NCBI RefSeq assembly: GCF_024521635.1
Contig: NW_026250426.1
Coordinates: 372,001 to 436,000, forward strand
DNA from: Tricharina praecox
Taxonomy: Eukaryota
Direction of reading: 5' to 3'
Length of the DNA: 64,000 nt
Part shown: piece by piece, positions 36,386 to 48,311 of the stretch
Position numbering within the stretch: position 1 is the stretch's first letter
How the letters are laid out: each line of letters starts with the position of its first letter
Translations under genes and position numbers: made by a program
The notes under the pieces: generated by a model
The model's input: only the letters and a program-made list of their open reading frames with translations
Told to the model about the DNA's origin: nothing
Database searches by the model: none

Positions 36386-36813
36386 AATTGATAGAATTGT
36401 AGCTAAAGCAGGACATATGGAGATATGAGGAAGGTCGTGGGTGGGACTTACGTTTGAACTTTGTACCGTACATACTCTAATGGGTGGGTGGAGTATCGTT
36501 GTGAGGCATGGGGGGAGTGGATGCATTGACTACTCTCTAATCTACTCTATTCTACTGGTACTCTAGAGGGGAGTGGGGTTCCTAAGTGGTTGCTCGTTTG
36601 CTCGCTTGGAACCTGGATGCCGCTCGTAATGGTCACTGCTACTAGTACTCTCGATAATCACTCGGTCTATGTTCTCGAAATATAACAGTTCTCAATTACT
36701 ACAGACATGAAATCTCATCCAGCACTCCTACACCTCCTCTGCCATCAACACGGTCGAATACAAAACGACGAGACAAAACCAAAAACAAACAAAACCACGT
36801 TCTCTCCTCGCCC

Positions 36814-37578
36814 CTAGAGCTTCTTCCCAACCGCCATAAACACCTCCCTCCTAACCTTCAACTCCCCCCCATCCAGACCTCTATTCACAAGGGTCACGCC
36901 CTTCCCATTCGCGCCGACGGGTACAAAAACCGGCTCGCCCAGCCCCGCCTCTTTGAACCAGCTCCTAACCTGCCCCTCCCCAAACCCCAAATGCGGGACA
37001 ATATCCCCCCACCCCTCCGCAATCTTCTCATGCTGCCTAAAATCCACACAGACAAACACTCCTCCGTGCTTCAGCACCCGCGCAATCGCCTTCGTAGCCG
37101 CCAGGGGATCCGGCATATGATGCAGTGCGAGGGAGCAGAGTGCGACGTCATACTCCCCGCCCACAGCGACGACATCCCCCTCACCAGTCACCAGATCCGC
37201 GACGACGGCTCTCATCTCTCCCTCCTCGAGCCCCTGATTTCGCGCCGCGAAATTGAACTCGCCCACGGCGCCGGAGGAGACGTCGGCGCCGACGAGGGAG
37301 GCGACGTGCGGTAGCAAAAGGCGCGAGACGCTGCCCGTGCCGCAGGCGTAGTCGAGAAGGCGCGTGGAGCTCTCGGATAGGGGGATGAGAGTGGGCGAAG
37401 AGAGGATGCTGCTGGCGATGTGCGACGCTACTTGAGTGTGTGAGTGGCTGTGCGAGTGCGGTGAGGGGTGCGAGGCTAGGTTGTTGAAGAAGGTTTTGTT
37501 TGTCTCTACGATGGCGGCGGCGGAGGCGGCGGAGGGGGAGGGGGGGTGCGAGTGCGAGTGGGCGTGATCGTGAGACAT
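36814..37578 (-). CDS. Class I SAM-dependent methyltransferase with a His-rich N-terminus
   Basis: Motif I LLDYACGTG, post-I VGADVS, YDVALCSLALHH, RVLKHGG..VCVDF; upstream TATA on the minus strand at about 37693-37701. Confidence 0.9.
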   Translation of the reverse strand: MSHDHAHSHSHPPSPSAASAAAIVETNKTFFNNLASHPSPHSHSHSHTQVASHIASSILSSPTLIPLSESSTRLLDYACGTGSVSRLLLPHVASLVGADVSSGAVGEFNFAARNQGLEEGEMRAVVADLVTGEGDVVAVGGEYDVALCSLALHHMPDPLAATKAIARVLKHGGVFVCVDFRQHEKIAEGWGDIVPHLGFGEGQVRSWFKEAGLGEPVFVPVGANGKGVTLVNRGLDGGELKVRREVFMAVGKKL

Positions 37579-38270
37579 TGTGATGGCGGGATTGAGTGAT
37601 CGGTTGCTTGCTTGCTATGTGGAATTGCTCTGGTTGTTCTGCTCTGTTGTTGCTGGTGATGAAGCTGTACTGTAACCCGCCGACGAGCCCCACTATATAT
37701 ACTGTCTTCAGTCTTCATCCCACATAGGTACGATACGCAACTACGCAACTACTCGCGTTCCTCTTGATACTGCGCTAGTTAGAAGCGTAGGCTGTCCAGG
37801 GTCCCCCATGGTTGCACGGGTATGTAGAGTAGAGTAGAGTACGGTAGAGTAGACACCTTGCGGGCCACCGACGACGTCTAGTCACACAACCCACTTACTC
37901 GTATCTGCAGACTCACGCCCGCTTACATTATCGACCGTACGGGAGTTTCCCCATTCAGCCAGATCGTGATCCAGGGAGGCTGTTTTCGGGCTGAGCACGA
38001 TTCATCATCCACCGTCACCACCGCTTCGATCATTACGGTATCCACCGGCCGAGTATTGCTCGATTCGCTCTGAAACTAGCTCGCCAAAAGAAATAGAGTC
38101 ATAACGCCAACCCAATCAATAGACAGTTACGAGTACAGGTACAATACATGCTGTACGGTTGCCCAAAAGGATACCAAGAAATAACGCGCAAACAATACAA
38201 ATCATAAGATTCCCCCTCCTCCCATAGGCCCTTTTCATCTACCAGTCCCAGACAATACGGTATCTCACAG

Positions 38271-39723
38271 CTACAAATACTTGAACCCCACAACCTCGTC
38301 CATGACATAGCGATAGATCCTTCCCAGCGTCGCTCCCCAGCCCCCCGCCGGCTCGCTGGATCTGGGAGCATTCTTTGCACCTCCCGCACCGATGAGAGCA
38401 TTCGCCCAACCACCGAGCCAGCCATCCTTCTTTGCGAACTCGACCTGCTTTGGCACTAGCAGCTTCGCGCCGGGCATGTGCTCCGACAGCTGTACGCCAT
38501 GCTCGACCGGTTCCTCAAACATGCTGGGACGTCTACCGCTCCCGGTGGAGCTGACTCTTCGCAAGGTTCGGGTGGTGGGGGCGGGTGTGGGTTCGACTTC
38601 CATGGCGAACGGGAGCTCGGGCTGAACGACCGCATTCTCTTCCCACAGCGAGATCACAACTGTTCTTCCGCCGACGACGAGTTCTCCCCTGCCACTGCCG
38701 TCGAGAGCTCTTTCCGCCGCTTCCCGGTCGTGGAAGGTGATCCGCACCCAAGGGCCTGGTCCTCCGTCACGTCCGCTCATAGGCTGCACCATCCTTGCCG
38801 TCGCCAGATCCAGCTGGTCCCGCGGGATGATCTCGGGATCTGAGAACTTGCTCTCGCTCTCGGGAAGGCCAGAATAGGGCTCGAGGATAGGGCCGTAATA
38901 GCGTCGCAGCGCACGGATCAGGTCGGGAAAGCGGTCTTCACTAAAGTTGGCGACCCGAACTTGCGTCGGCGTCATCGAGGATTCGATGGGAAGCTTGGTG
39001 TCGGCGGCGGCGGGCGTCGCGCTGTAGCTGTCGTAGATGCTAGCTAGGGGTGGGGCGTTGTCTTCGTTCACGATGTCGCCGGCGATGTCGGGGGTCGAGG
39101 AGGTACGGGCACGGGTACGGGAAGGTCTGGCGGAGATTAGTTTGGCGACCATCAAAGAGAAGGGAAGTACTAACGGTCGCGTGCCGAACATGTGTTTGGG
39201 CCATAGACCACCACCACTGCTTGGGGGGGAAGAGGACGCAGTCCGCTTGATGCTGTAGTGAAACGTTAGCAGATATACTCCATCTGAAGCAAAAGCCATG
39301 AACATACCCAGGTTTTCTCCGGCCATCCATAATGTCCGCGTCGTTCTACAGCGAAAACAAACATCAGCGATCACAAACCATAAAGAACCATCCTCGTCAC
39401 CATGCAGTACTCACACTTCCAGCACCACCGTTCAGCAAGTTCCCCGCCTGCTGGTTCAACACTTTCTGAAGGAAGGGCGAAGCCGCAGTCGGATGACCAG
39501 GATTCACCGGCACGCCCGAAAACGGAGCCGGCTGACTGGCAAAGGTGTTGTAGTCCTGTGGTGCGCTGATTCCCTGCTTCTGGTGCCAGTCGTAGAACCG
39601 CTTCTCCTTGTTCTTGTCGGGTGCGCTCTGTGTTGTTGTTGTCGCTGACGCTACATTGTTCGCGCCGAAGGAAACGGTGTTGCCCCAGAGGCTGTTCTGG
39701 CCAGGCATCGTGGAGAAATCCAT
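38271..39723 (-). CDS. NUP53: Nucleoporin Nup53/Nup35-like protein; 3 exons
   Basis: PPLASIYD motif, RRM-like region (..LRRYYGPILE...GPWVRITFHDREAAERAL), C-terminal amphipathic W-rich tail; two GT-AG introns join the ORFs in frame. Confidence 0.7.
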
Positions 39724-40181
39724 CGTCGTGGTGGCGATGGCGGTCGGGGGAGGAGGTGAGATGTAATTAGTGGTGTTGTGGTGTTGTGGTGTTGTGGCGT
39801 TGAGGTGTTGTGTGGGAGACGGGTTGTTATGCGGGAGGTTGAACGAGTTTCTTCTTGGTTGGTGTTGGCGCTGCGCGTGGATGGCGTGGATGGCGTGAAG
39901 CTTGGCGTGCTAGTGAGAAGAGTTGAAGCGGTAGGGTTTGTTTCACAGCGAGTCACTCGCGCTTCATGTCGAATTCGAAGAGAAAAATCGACAGACCGTG
40001 TACGACAAAAAATTGATATTTTCTCTCTCTTCTTCTTTGCATTCATAGAGACCCCAATAATCTGAACGAACTACAACAAGAAGACGAATGTGCCACAAAC
40101 TATCAAAACGCCAGTAGTCTAAGTTGCCCTTTCACACGGACGATCGTACTGTGGTCGACTTCATTTTCTACTAACTAGATC

Positions 40182-42061
40182 TCAATCCTTCTTAGTAGGA
40201 GGAGTAAGTGAAAGGGCACGGTAAAGAACGATCAAAGCCGAGTGGCTCTCGCCTATTCGCTGTTAGCTCATCTGACGGTCACGAGTAAAGACGAGTGGTT
40301 CTGCGCATACCTCCTCCATACAAAGTCTCAACCTTGGTTTGATCCACCTCCGTAACGGTGTCATCGTTGAAGAAGTACCAGGTCTTGCCGTCACTGTCGT
40401 CTTTCTTGACGTATGCACAGTAGTGACCAGAGTCCGCGCTAGCACCTTGATGGGTAACTACCGCGAAGAGCTCATACAGTCCACTGGGGTTGCATCCTTC
40501 GTCCTTCATGATCTCGGGATCAAGTTTGTCCTTCAGCGCCTCTTGCCAGTCCGGCTCCTTCTCGTCGAGGATTGAAGTGACAACAGGTACGGGAACCACA
40601 GGTGCCTGGGAATACTTGATTAGCACTGTCTAGGTTTCTTCCACGGTGATAGTTACCGATGCCGCCCCTGAACCAAAGCCACCGGCGCCCGCATTTCCAC
40701 CTGCAATGTCGTCGGCACTTGGCTGGACCTTTGCACGCTTGCGAGCGCGCTCACGGTCGGAGGCGTCCTTGTGCAGATCACGGAGAGTATCGCGGACCGG
40801 AATGAGTTTGCTTCTGAGGTCATCGGAACAGAATTCTGTAGCGTCGAGCTCGAAAGGAAATGTGACCTTGCGCATGATCTTGGCTTTCTTGTTGATTTCG
40901 CGTTTCCAGAAGAAGCGGACAAAGTGACACTATTGAAATCAGTCGACCGTGCCTATTTGGGATAAAGCTTCGGAGGACTTACCGTCAGGTATTTGGGCAA
41001 ACGGACGATACGACTAGACTTCTCGTAAATGGCATTTCGTCCAAGCGTAGGGCTCTCCTTCTCAATCTGCTCCTTCAAGCCAGCCAGAATTCCATCTTTC
41101 AGGAAATTGGTGTTGTTGGTGATATGGCACTTGAGGTTCGAAAATTCCTCGGTCGTCTCGATAGGCATCTCGTCCGGCGCATCCTCCATGCACTTAAGAG
41201 TCGAACTCATCTTTCCAGAGAGATACTTGTCCACAAACGACGTATCTTCATTTTCATTCTTGATGCGGAGTTTCGTACGGAGTGAGTGTAGGATCTGGGA
41301 GTAGCACTCCTCAGCGTCTTGCTGCGCATACCGACCGTCCTTTCCCTTCTGCGCGAACTGTGGGAACGCCCGCCTCAGCGCCTCCAAAAATACCAGCGGT
41401 GGAACTCCGGCTGTAGTTTCGCCCATGTTCTGGTAGAGGTCTCGCATCGCACCAGCTAGATCTCCAAGATTCCCGACGCTTCCCACTCCCAGATTTCCAA
41501 ACAGGCCTCCCGAGCCGCTTGCAAAGCTGCTTCCGAACCCGCTGCCACCAGCTTCTCCCGTCTGCTCCTTGTATCTCGTCAACTCCTGTTGAAGCTCTGG
41601 AATGTATCGCAGCGCCTGGAGCGTGGAGTTGAGGTAGCAGGTGTTGCCGAGGTTCTGCAGACCAGAGGGAGGAGCACCCGATACGAGAGCGAGCTGCGCA
41701 TCCGTCATGTCCTCGACGAACTTAGTCTTTTCCTTTGGTGCCTGGATACCTTTGCCCGATGGCGTACCCATCATCATCATGACCTGACCCGGCTTGAGGC
41801 CCAGCTTTGACATGTCGGTATCATCCTTGAGCTGGCCACCCTTCACCACGACCTTCTGGCGTTCCGGTTCGACGTTCGTGAGGGAGAAGAGAACCGCTTT
41901 GAGAACCTCGCCTGGCAGAGACGTGTCCACTGTTACATCGTAGCGCTTTCCGGCATGCTTGATGACAACTGGAGATGAAAGATCAGAGTCGGCCAGGATG
42001 GGGAGGAGTATGGCGGGGTAGTAGGAGGGTACAACGTACTGGGGATCTCGGTGTCACTCAT
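40182..42061 (-). CDS. UBP6: Proteasome-associated deubiquitinase Ubp6/USP14; 5 exons
   Basis: N-terminal UBL (VKHAGK-like...SLTNVEPERQKVVVKGG), Cys box GLQNLGNTCYLNS, AQQDAEEC, His box THQGASADSGHY, terminal GGGESHSALIVLY. Confidence 0.96.
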
Positions 42062-42579
42062 TGTGGGTGAACCGAGAGATGGAATTAGGCTGAGATGAGT
42101 TTTTGTGGAGGAGGATTCAGTTTGAAATTAAGGTACACGTGGAGGAGCTTCGCTTTGGATTCGTGGTCGTTGGGTTGATGGATGATGTTGGATGGTTGCT
42201 GTGAGTTGAGAGGCTCTCGATTTTAGCTAGACGCTGTGGCGGAATTTGCCACACGAGAGGTTCATAACTTAGAAAGCAACAGAAGTGTCTAAGAACAGTG
42301 CACACCGCTCTTCGAGCTCTCAGTTTTTAGAATGTCCTGAGATTAATTTGTGGGTATATGTATATTAATTCTCCTATCTGGGGAATCTCCATAGACATTC
42401 TTACGGACATTGGTTCCTTACAAACGTGATCTTTTCTTCGCACCACTACTCGATCGTGTCACCATGGACATCGCTAACAGCTGACTGCGATAAGAACCGG
42501 CCCACCCCTATCAGATAACCTAGAGCTTAAAGCTCCGGTCGTCCCCCAATCAAAGCTCCCGACCAGCTCCAAATCAAGA

Positions 42580-43394
42580 ATGCATTTCTCGGCCTTTTTT
42601 ACCACGTTCCTCCTCAGTGGCCTCGCCGCTGCCTTACCATCCAACGATGCGGCCTCGGTCCAGATGATCGATCTCTCTACCGCGTCGCGCCCCACCGTCA
42701 AAGAGGCCGCAGTTCAAGCGCGAAAGCTACTGCGCTCGGAGACGATCTCGACTCTTTCTACCGTGTTTCCCGCGGGAGAGAAGCATGGTCTTGAGGGGCA
42801 GCCGGTCGGGCTGATGGAGTATTATGCCGAATGCTCTGAGAATGGGAATCCTACGCTGTTGGTTCCCATCCACGTCCAAAGCACTGAGTAGAGTACTGTA
42901 GCTAACACGGCGGCGACAAAAGCTTAGGCATGCACATAGCGACCTCGTAAACTTCCCTTCTCGTCCTCTCCCGCCCGCTAGCCAGCCAGGACTAACACGC
43001 TTTCTACAGCTTCCGCAACACCGTCCCCGACAACTCCACCATCTCCCTCTCGGTGCGCCAACACGCGCCGCACATGTTCTCTCCTGCAGCACACCCACGT
43101 CTCTCGCTCGTTGGCAAACTCAAGACCATCGACGACTCTGACGAAGCCGCACGTCTGAAGCGTTGTTTCACCACTCGCCACCCAGACGCGAAGATCTGGA
43201 CACCCGGAAACAAGATCCACGAGAGCTACTGGGTGGCGTTTGAGGTTGAGAGCGTCTACTGGATTGGTGGCTTCGGGAATGTCGCGTACATCGGGTGGAT
43301 CCCGAAGGAGCTGTATCAGGAGGTTAAACTGCCGTGTGTCGAGGGGGAGGGGAGTGGGTGGAGGAAGTTCTTGTTTTGGAATCAGGGACTGTAA
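42580..43394 (+). CDS. Secreted CREG-like / pyridoxamine 5'-phosphate oxidase-like split-barrel protein; includes a micro-exon
   Basis: Signal peptide, PTVKEAAVQARKLL, GLMEYYAEC..GNPT, PRLSLVG, CF..RHPDAKIW.PGN.IH, YWIGGFG..AYIGWIP. The first junction is unresolved. Confidence 0.85.
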
Positions 43395-43561
43395 AGGTTT
43401 CTGGGTCAGACGTTTTGGATCTGTTGATACGCGCGCAGGCTTTGCTCCATTGTACACGATTATTTCCTTGGCACATAAAGGACCATCAAATACATATACC
43501 ATCTCTGTCATAGTCTGAGCAAAAAACAATGCCTCATAAGCCCCATTGGGGCAAAAGAGAA

Positions 43562-43632
43562 TGCATCCATCGGGAGTCGAACCCGAGCCAATTGCTTGGA
43601 AGGCAATTATCCTACCGTTGGACCATGGAAGC
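43562..43632 (-). tRNA. tRNA-Gly (TCC)
   Basis: ATTGC-CT-TCC-AA-GCAAT anticodon arm, TCGGG-TTCGACT-CCCGA T arm, GCTTCCA/TGGATGC acceptor with one U:U mismatch. Confidence 0.9.
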
Positions 43633-44124
43633 TTGCTGAAAACTTTGCATTATCGCTTATACCCAGCAGTTCTAGTCTCGTTCGTATCAAAGGATGGAAC
43701 TCTGTATACACCACGCCACCTCGTATCACTCGTAAATTCAAGAATAGCAACATCAGCAATTTATTAAATCCACCAAGCACCTAGAAGTAAACGCGTCCCA
43801 AGTTCCCAATTCAAAATCCTAAAGCCTCCCCAGCATACCGATAACATGTATCCCATAAACCTTGATCCGTAACGCAAAAAAAACAGTGAAAACACACCAC
43901 ACAACCCGGCAATCACACCACCAAGCAAGCTGAAATGAACCACCCTCCATGAGAAACAGAATCAAAACAAAAACAATGGCGAATGTGGTTACCCTTGAAG
44001 TAAGAAAAAAGAACCTCAAATCCGCAGTTCTAGAAGCAAAACTTTTCAATTGGTAGAAGGACAGAAAGCAGCTCGCACACCATCATCCCCGCTCTACTTT
44101 GCTTGTTCTAGTAGCATGCCTGGA

Positions 44125-47100
44125 CTAACGGCCGTGGTACCTCGAGTACTCGTCGTACGGTGGAGGTGGCGCGCCGAATCCATGGTCTCTCGGCGCAGCA
44201 GATCCCGCAGCGTAATAGTAACCGGCTGAAGGCGGAGGCGGCATCCTTGGCAACGGGGGCGGAGGCGGCGCGTAGTATGCGGCAGCGGCGCGATCTTGCC
44301 TGAGATACTCGTATGCGTGAGGCGGAGGTGGCAGGGGCACTGGGGGTGGATAGGCGTATCGCGGGTCTGTATACATGCTCACTGGGTAGCGACGGTCCGG
44401 AGAGCGGGAGCGTTGTCGCTTCTCGCTCGGAGCGTATTCTCTGGGACTGGCGTAGCGCTCGTAATCATAGCGAGTATTTCCGACACGCGGAGCGGGCTGC
44501 TGGACGATGTAGTCCACCGCAGTGGGTCGAGGTGGTCGGATACCGGTCTTGGTGCCAGTGTCCTGCTCAACAAGCTGTCTTCGCTGGCCTTCGTAGCGAG
44601 AGGTCGATCCACTATGATGCGGATCTCTGTCCCTCACATATTCGGTCCTTGCCATGCCATTGGTTTGGTGGCCACCGTGCCCATCGTTGAAAGTGCGTTT
44701 TGGACGGTCAACATAGTCGACTGGTGCGCTTAGAGGGAATCCTTCAGCGCGGCGGTTGTGCTGCTGTCGGACATCTCCGGCGAACTCTATTTGCTGCAAA
44801 CGATCCCTGGATACCGGCGGGCCTCCATATCTTGGGGTGGCATATTGCCCGTTAGGGTAGCGCGGTGCCACAGCTTCTGAATCTGCACGGCGGTGCACAC
44901 CTGGGGGAGCAGCGGAAGCTGGCCCAGATCTACCACTCATGCTTCCAGCACGGTCGCGATTGGCACTGCCAAATGCCCAGGGGAATATGTCTTCAATAAG
45001 ATGGCGGGTGTCTTTTCCTAGCGCATCGGCCAGATCGGAGATGATTCGTGGGTGAGGAAGCCTGACCATATCCCTAGTCCAGTCAGGAAGCACCACGGAT
45101 TTGTTTCTAGCGATGTGAACTGTTTCAAAATGCTGAAGCAATGAGACAATGGGGAAAACCCTATCGGCCTTGGATGCACCTTCTGACGTCTTTCCTGGGT
45201 GTCTCTGGCACTCAATACACCTCAATCCTTTAACGCCGTACTTGATCGAACTCATAGCAGGATGCTCAATCAATGCATCCAGGAAAAGGCCGAGAGGGAT
45301 AGCCTCCGAGAACCTAGACTGATACTTGCGAGCCGTCCTTATGATGACAAAGTGTATGTGGATGGACGGCGGGATATTTCTGAGACTTGCAAGCAGCGCC
45401 CATGCAGCCTTAGCGTCAGCGGCCAATGCATCCAGGCGTGTCTGGCGGGCTTCCTCATTGTACTTCTGCACGTGCCCATTGCGAGGCGCTGTGGGAATAT
45501 GCTGCTCAAGACCTTGCGACCATTTCTGTGCATACGAAGACCTATGCATCTCTCTCATCGGCCCAGAGGGTGCATGCGGAGGAACCCCCTCGGGTTGCTC
45601 ACCAAGTGGTGACTCCAGCAACGATTTATCAGGATCCGCACGAAACGGTCCTATTTCTGGCCAATCCGCTCTCCAATCGACCTTCGGATGTTTCCCCCGG
45701 CGACTGTAGGTGTGTTTCGCAGAGAAATGTTGAACCAACGACTCAAAATTCCACCATCTCAGATTAGTTGAACAACCATCGCATAGGAAGATCTCCGTGC
45801 GAAACTGATGTATCTTTGGCTTGACCCTCGAATCGTAGACATATTTCATATCCTCAAGCGTGACCCTTTTCCTCCTCGTGGACTCATCCGCATAAAACTG
45901 CTTCCCACAACGACTAAGAACATGGGCAGCAAAAGCGGGGGCACTTTCCATCGTAAGAGTACCCTCCCAACTCTGAATGGCGTCTCCAGCATATGTGAGC
46001 AACTTTTCTCGGTTCGAAAGCTGAACGCTGTCTGAATGTTCAGCCAATCCTTTCTGAGAGTTCGAAGAGCGGCCGCTGGTATGAGACTCGGTCTTTCCAT
46101 TGATTTCAACTGCTGTATCCCACTGGCGCTCTCTCTTCATTTGCCGTTCCTCTGACAGACTAGTTTCCAACATCATCCAACTAGCCTCGTCCAGAGGGTT
46201 GTCATCCATGACAGAAGCCTGGAACGACGGCAAATGGATAAGCGTTTCCAGCGTTAATGGAGGATCAAGCTTTCTACAGCGTGCTTCGATCTCCCGTTGC
46301 TTCGCAATATTGACTACCGCACCTGGATCGCCTGGTTCTTGCATAATTTCATCAGGATCCTGTGGCTGATTCTCCGACTCTGGCCACATCGTCAGCACAC
46401 GAATAATGAATAGCATTTACATCCCACATAGAGAGATGTCATAGACAGTTTGCCATTGTCGGATGACTTCAAACATTCCGGGAGCAACACATCTTGAGAG
46501 CGAGATATCCAAACATACCAATGATACCTGTATTCGACGTGTTTTCAGCACGGAGGCTTTTCCATAGGCCACTGGCTGTGCTGAGATCTGCCGGCCTCGT
46601 CTTCTCAAACCTCTCCATCCTCTCGATGTCTTGCATGTAAAAGTTTCGTTTCGACTCCAGACCTTTCAGCCACTCGTCAGAGGCCAGCATTTCCTCGACT
46701 TCCTGGTAACGGTGTTTGATAGACTCGAGATCTTTGTTCCAGTATATCTTGGTGATTCCAATGTCTGCCTGGTAACTGCTTGGCTCGGGAACCCAGTTGT
46801 TCTTCATATCGACCATCCCAAACGGCAATCCAACCAGCAGCTCTGCTGGGAATGGCTCGTCATCAGATTCCAATGAAAATTCCTGTATCAAACGGAATTC
46901 AGCATCGAAGTCAATAAACTTCTTGCTCATGGTGGCTGGGTGAGCGGGTCTATAGGCAATGACTGGTTCTTACTTTAGTGGTGTTGTCGGACAAGCACTG
47001 CTTGCAACACCTGATTCGGAAGGGCCAATATGTTTCGATGTCGCCTTGGTTCTCGCACAACATGCACTTCCTCGCGAACAAAAGGCGAAACATTTCTCGT

Positions 47101-47693
47101 TCAGACAAACCAAATACGGGCTTTGGAAACTCTGGTAAGTGCGTGCTCCTGCTCCGCCGCCATACAGCGTCTTTCTGAACAAGTGTATTGAAGAGCTGGC
47201 AACATAGTTGCAGCTGAGCTAGCTCTAACGGATGAAGTTGCGGCAGTATCTTTGCCCAACCCCATGCCGGCAGATCAACCAGATTCTTAGATTTGTAAAG
47301 TGCATCCATCAGCTCGCCGTCCGACCGTTCGGTCGAGTTTCCACAAGATTGGCTTGAAAACATGCCGTCGTCTCCATCACCGCCTGCCGAAAAGTAATCT
47401 TCATCATCCTGCTGCAGCTCCATTGTATCGTCGACAGCGTCCTCCATCTCTGAATTGCGGGCTGACGGCCCCGACGCGACTCGCGATTGCTGGGAAGTCA
47501 ATCCGCCGCCCGAGGCACGATTTCGCCGACCCAGGCCCGACGGACCAGTGGGGAGATCGGGGAATGTATCGAGGAGTCCTCTGGTAGTCTCGCGGTAAGA
47601 AGCTGCCGGTCGACCGTCCCCAGTAGTTCGCTTCTTCTGTTGTGGTGGCGAGAATGAATTTTTGCGTTTTGGTCTGCCGTTAACTTGCGCCAT
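44125..47693 (-). CDS. F-box protein with zinc-finger-like motifs and a Pro/Tyr-rich tail; 3 exons
   Basis: F-box LPAWGWAKILPQLHPLELAQLQLCCQLFN followed by VWRRSR...PKPVFGLSEREM..LL...CMLC..WPFRIRCC..C, plus two C2H2-like motifs (CDGC...QHFSAKH; CIEC...QHFETVH). Confidence 0.85.
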
Positions 47694-48311
47694 AGGAATT
47701 CAGCTGTTAACCTGGCTCGGATTCTTGGAACTGCTTCGGGATTAGGGGTGGTGGCTGCTGATGGTGGTTGCTGGCGGTGATTATTGGTGGTTGTTGATAG
47801 ATGTAGTGAAGATGAAAGCTCACAGCAGCATCACATTCAGCTGAGCTTGGGCTGAACTTTGAAGAGCTTGCGCTTGCAGTAACTAACCACTGAGCTCTCA
47901 CCAAGTATGCGAACAAAGCTGCGTCTTGGCAGTTCCATGTGACACAGAATTCTGAGCCTCACCGGCCCACCGGGTAACTGACAGGTCTAAGCTTAGCGAT
48001 AGTCACAATAGATGACCGAAGTCTTGGTGGTGCCACTCTAAGTTAGAGGAATTAGCATTGTGCTGAGCTGCCCGGCGTCGTCACCGGAATCGGGAGACCG
48101 AACAAGGCCGTAAACCAAAATCTCGCCTCCTACTTCCGCTGCTACTGCTCCTGCTACCTACTCCCTTTCTACCACCACAACAGCAATCTATTTCTCATCC
48201 CCAAAACTACAATCTCCTTCAGCGGAATCACCCCCTGAATACGATATTTCTCATCCCCCATCCCCACCCTTGAATCGAGTTTCATATCTTCAACACCCCT
48301 CTACGATCATC

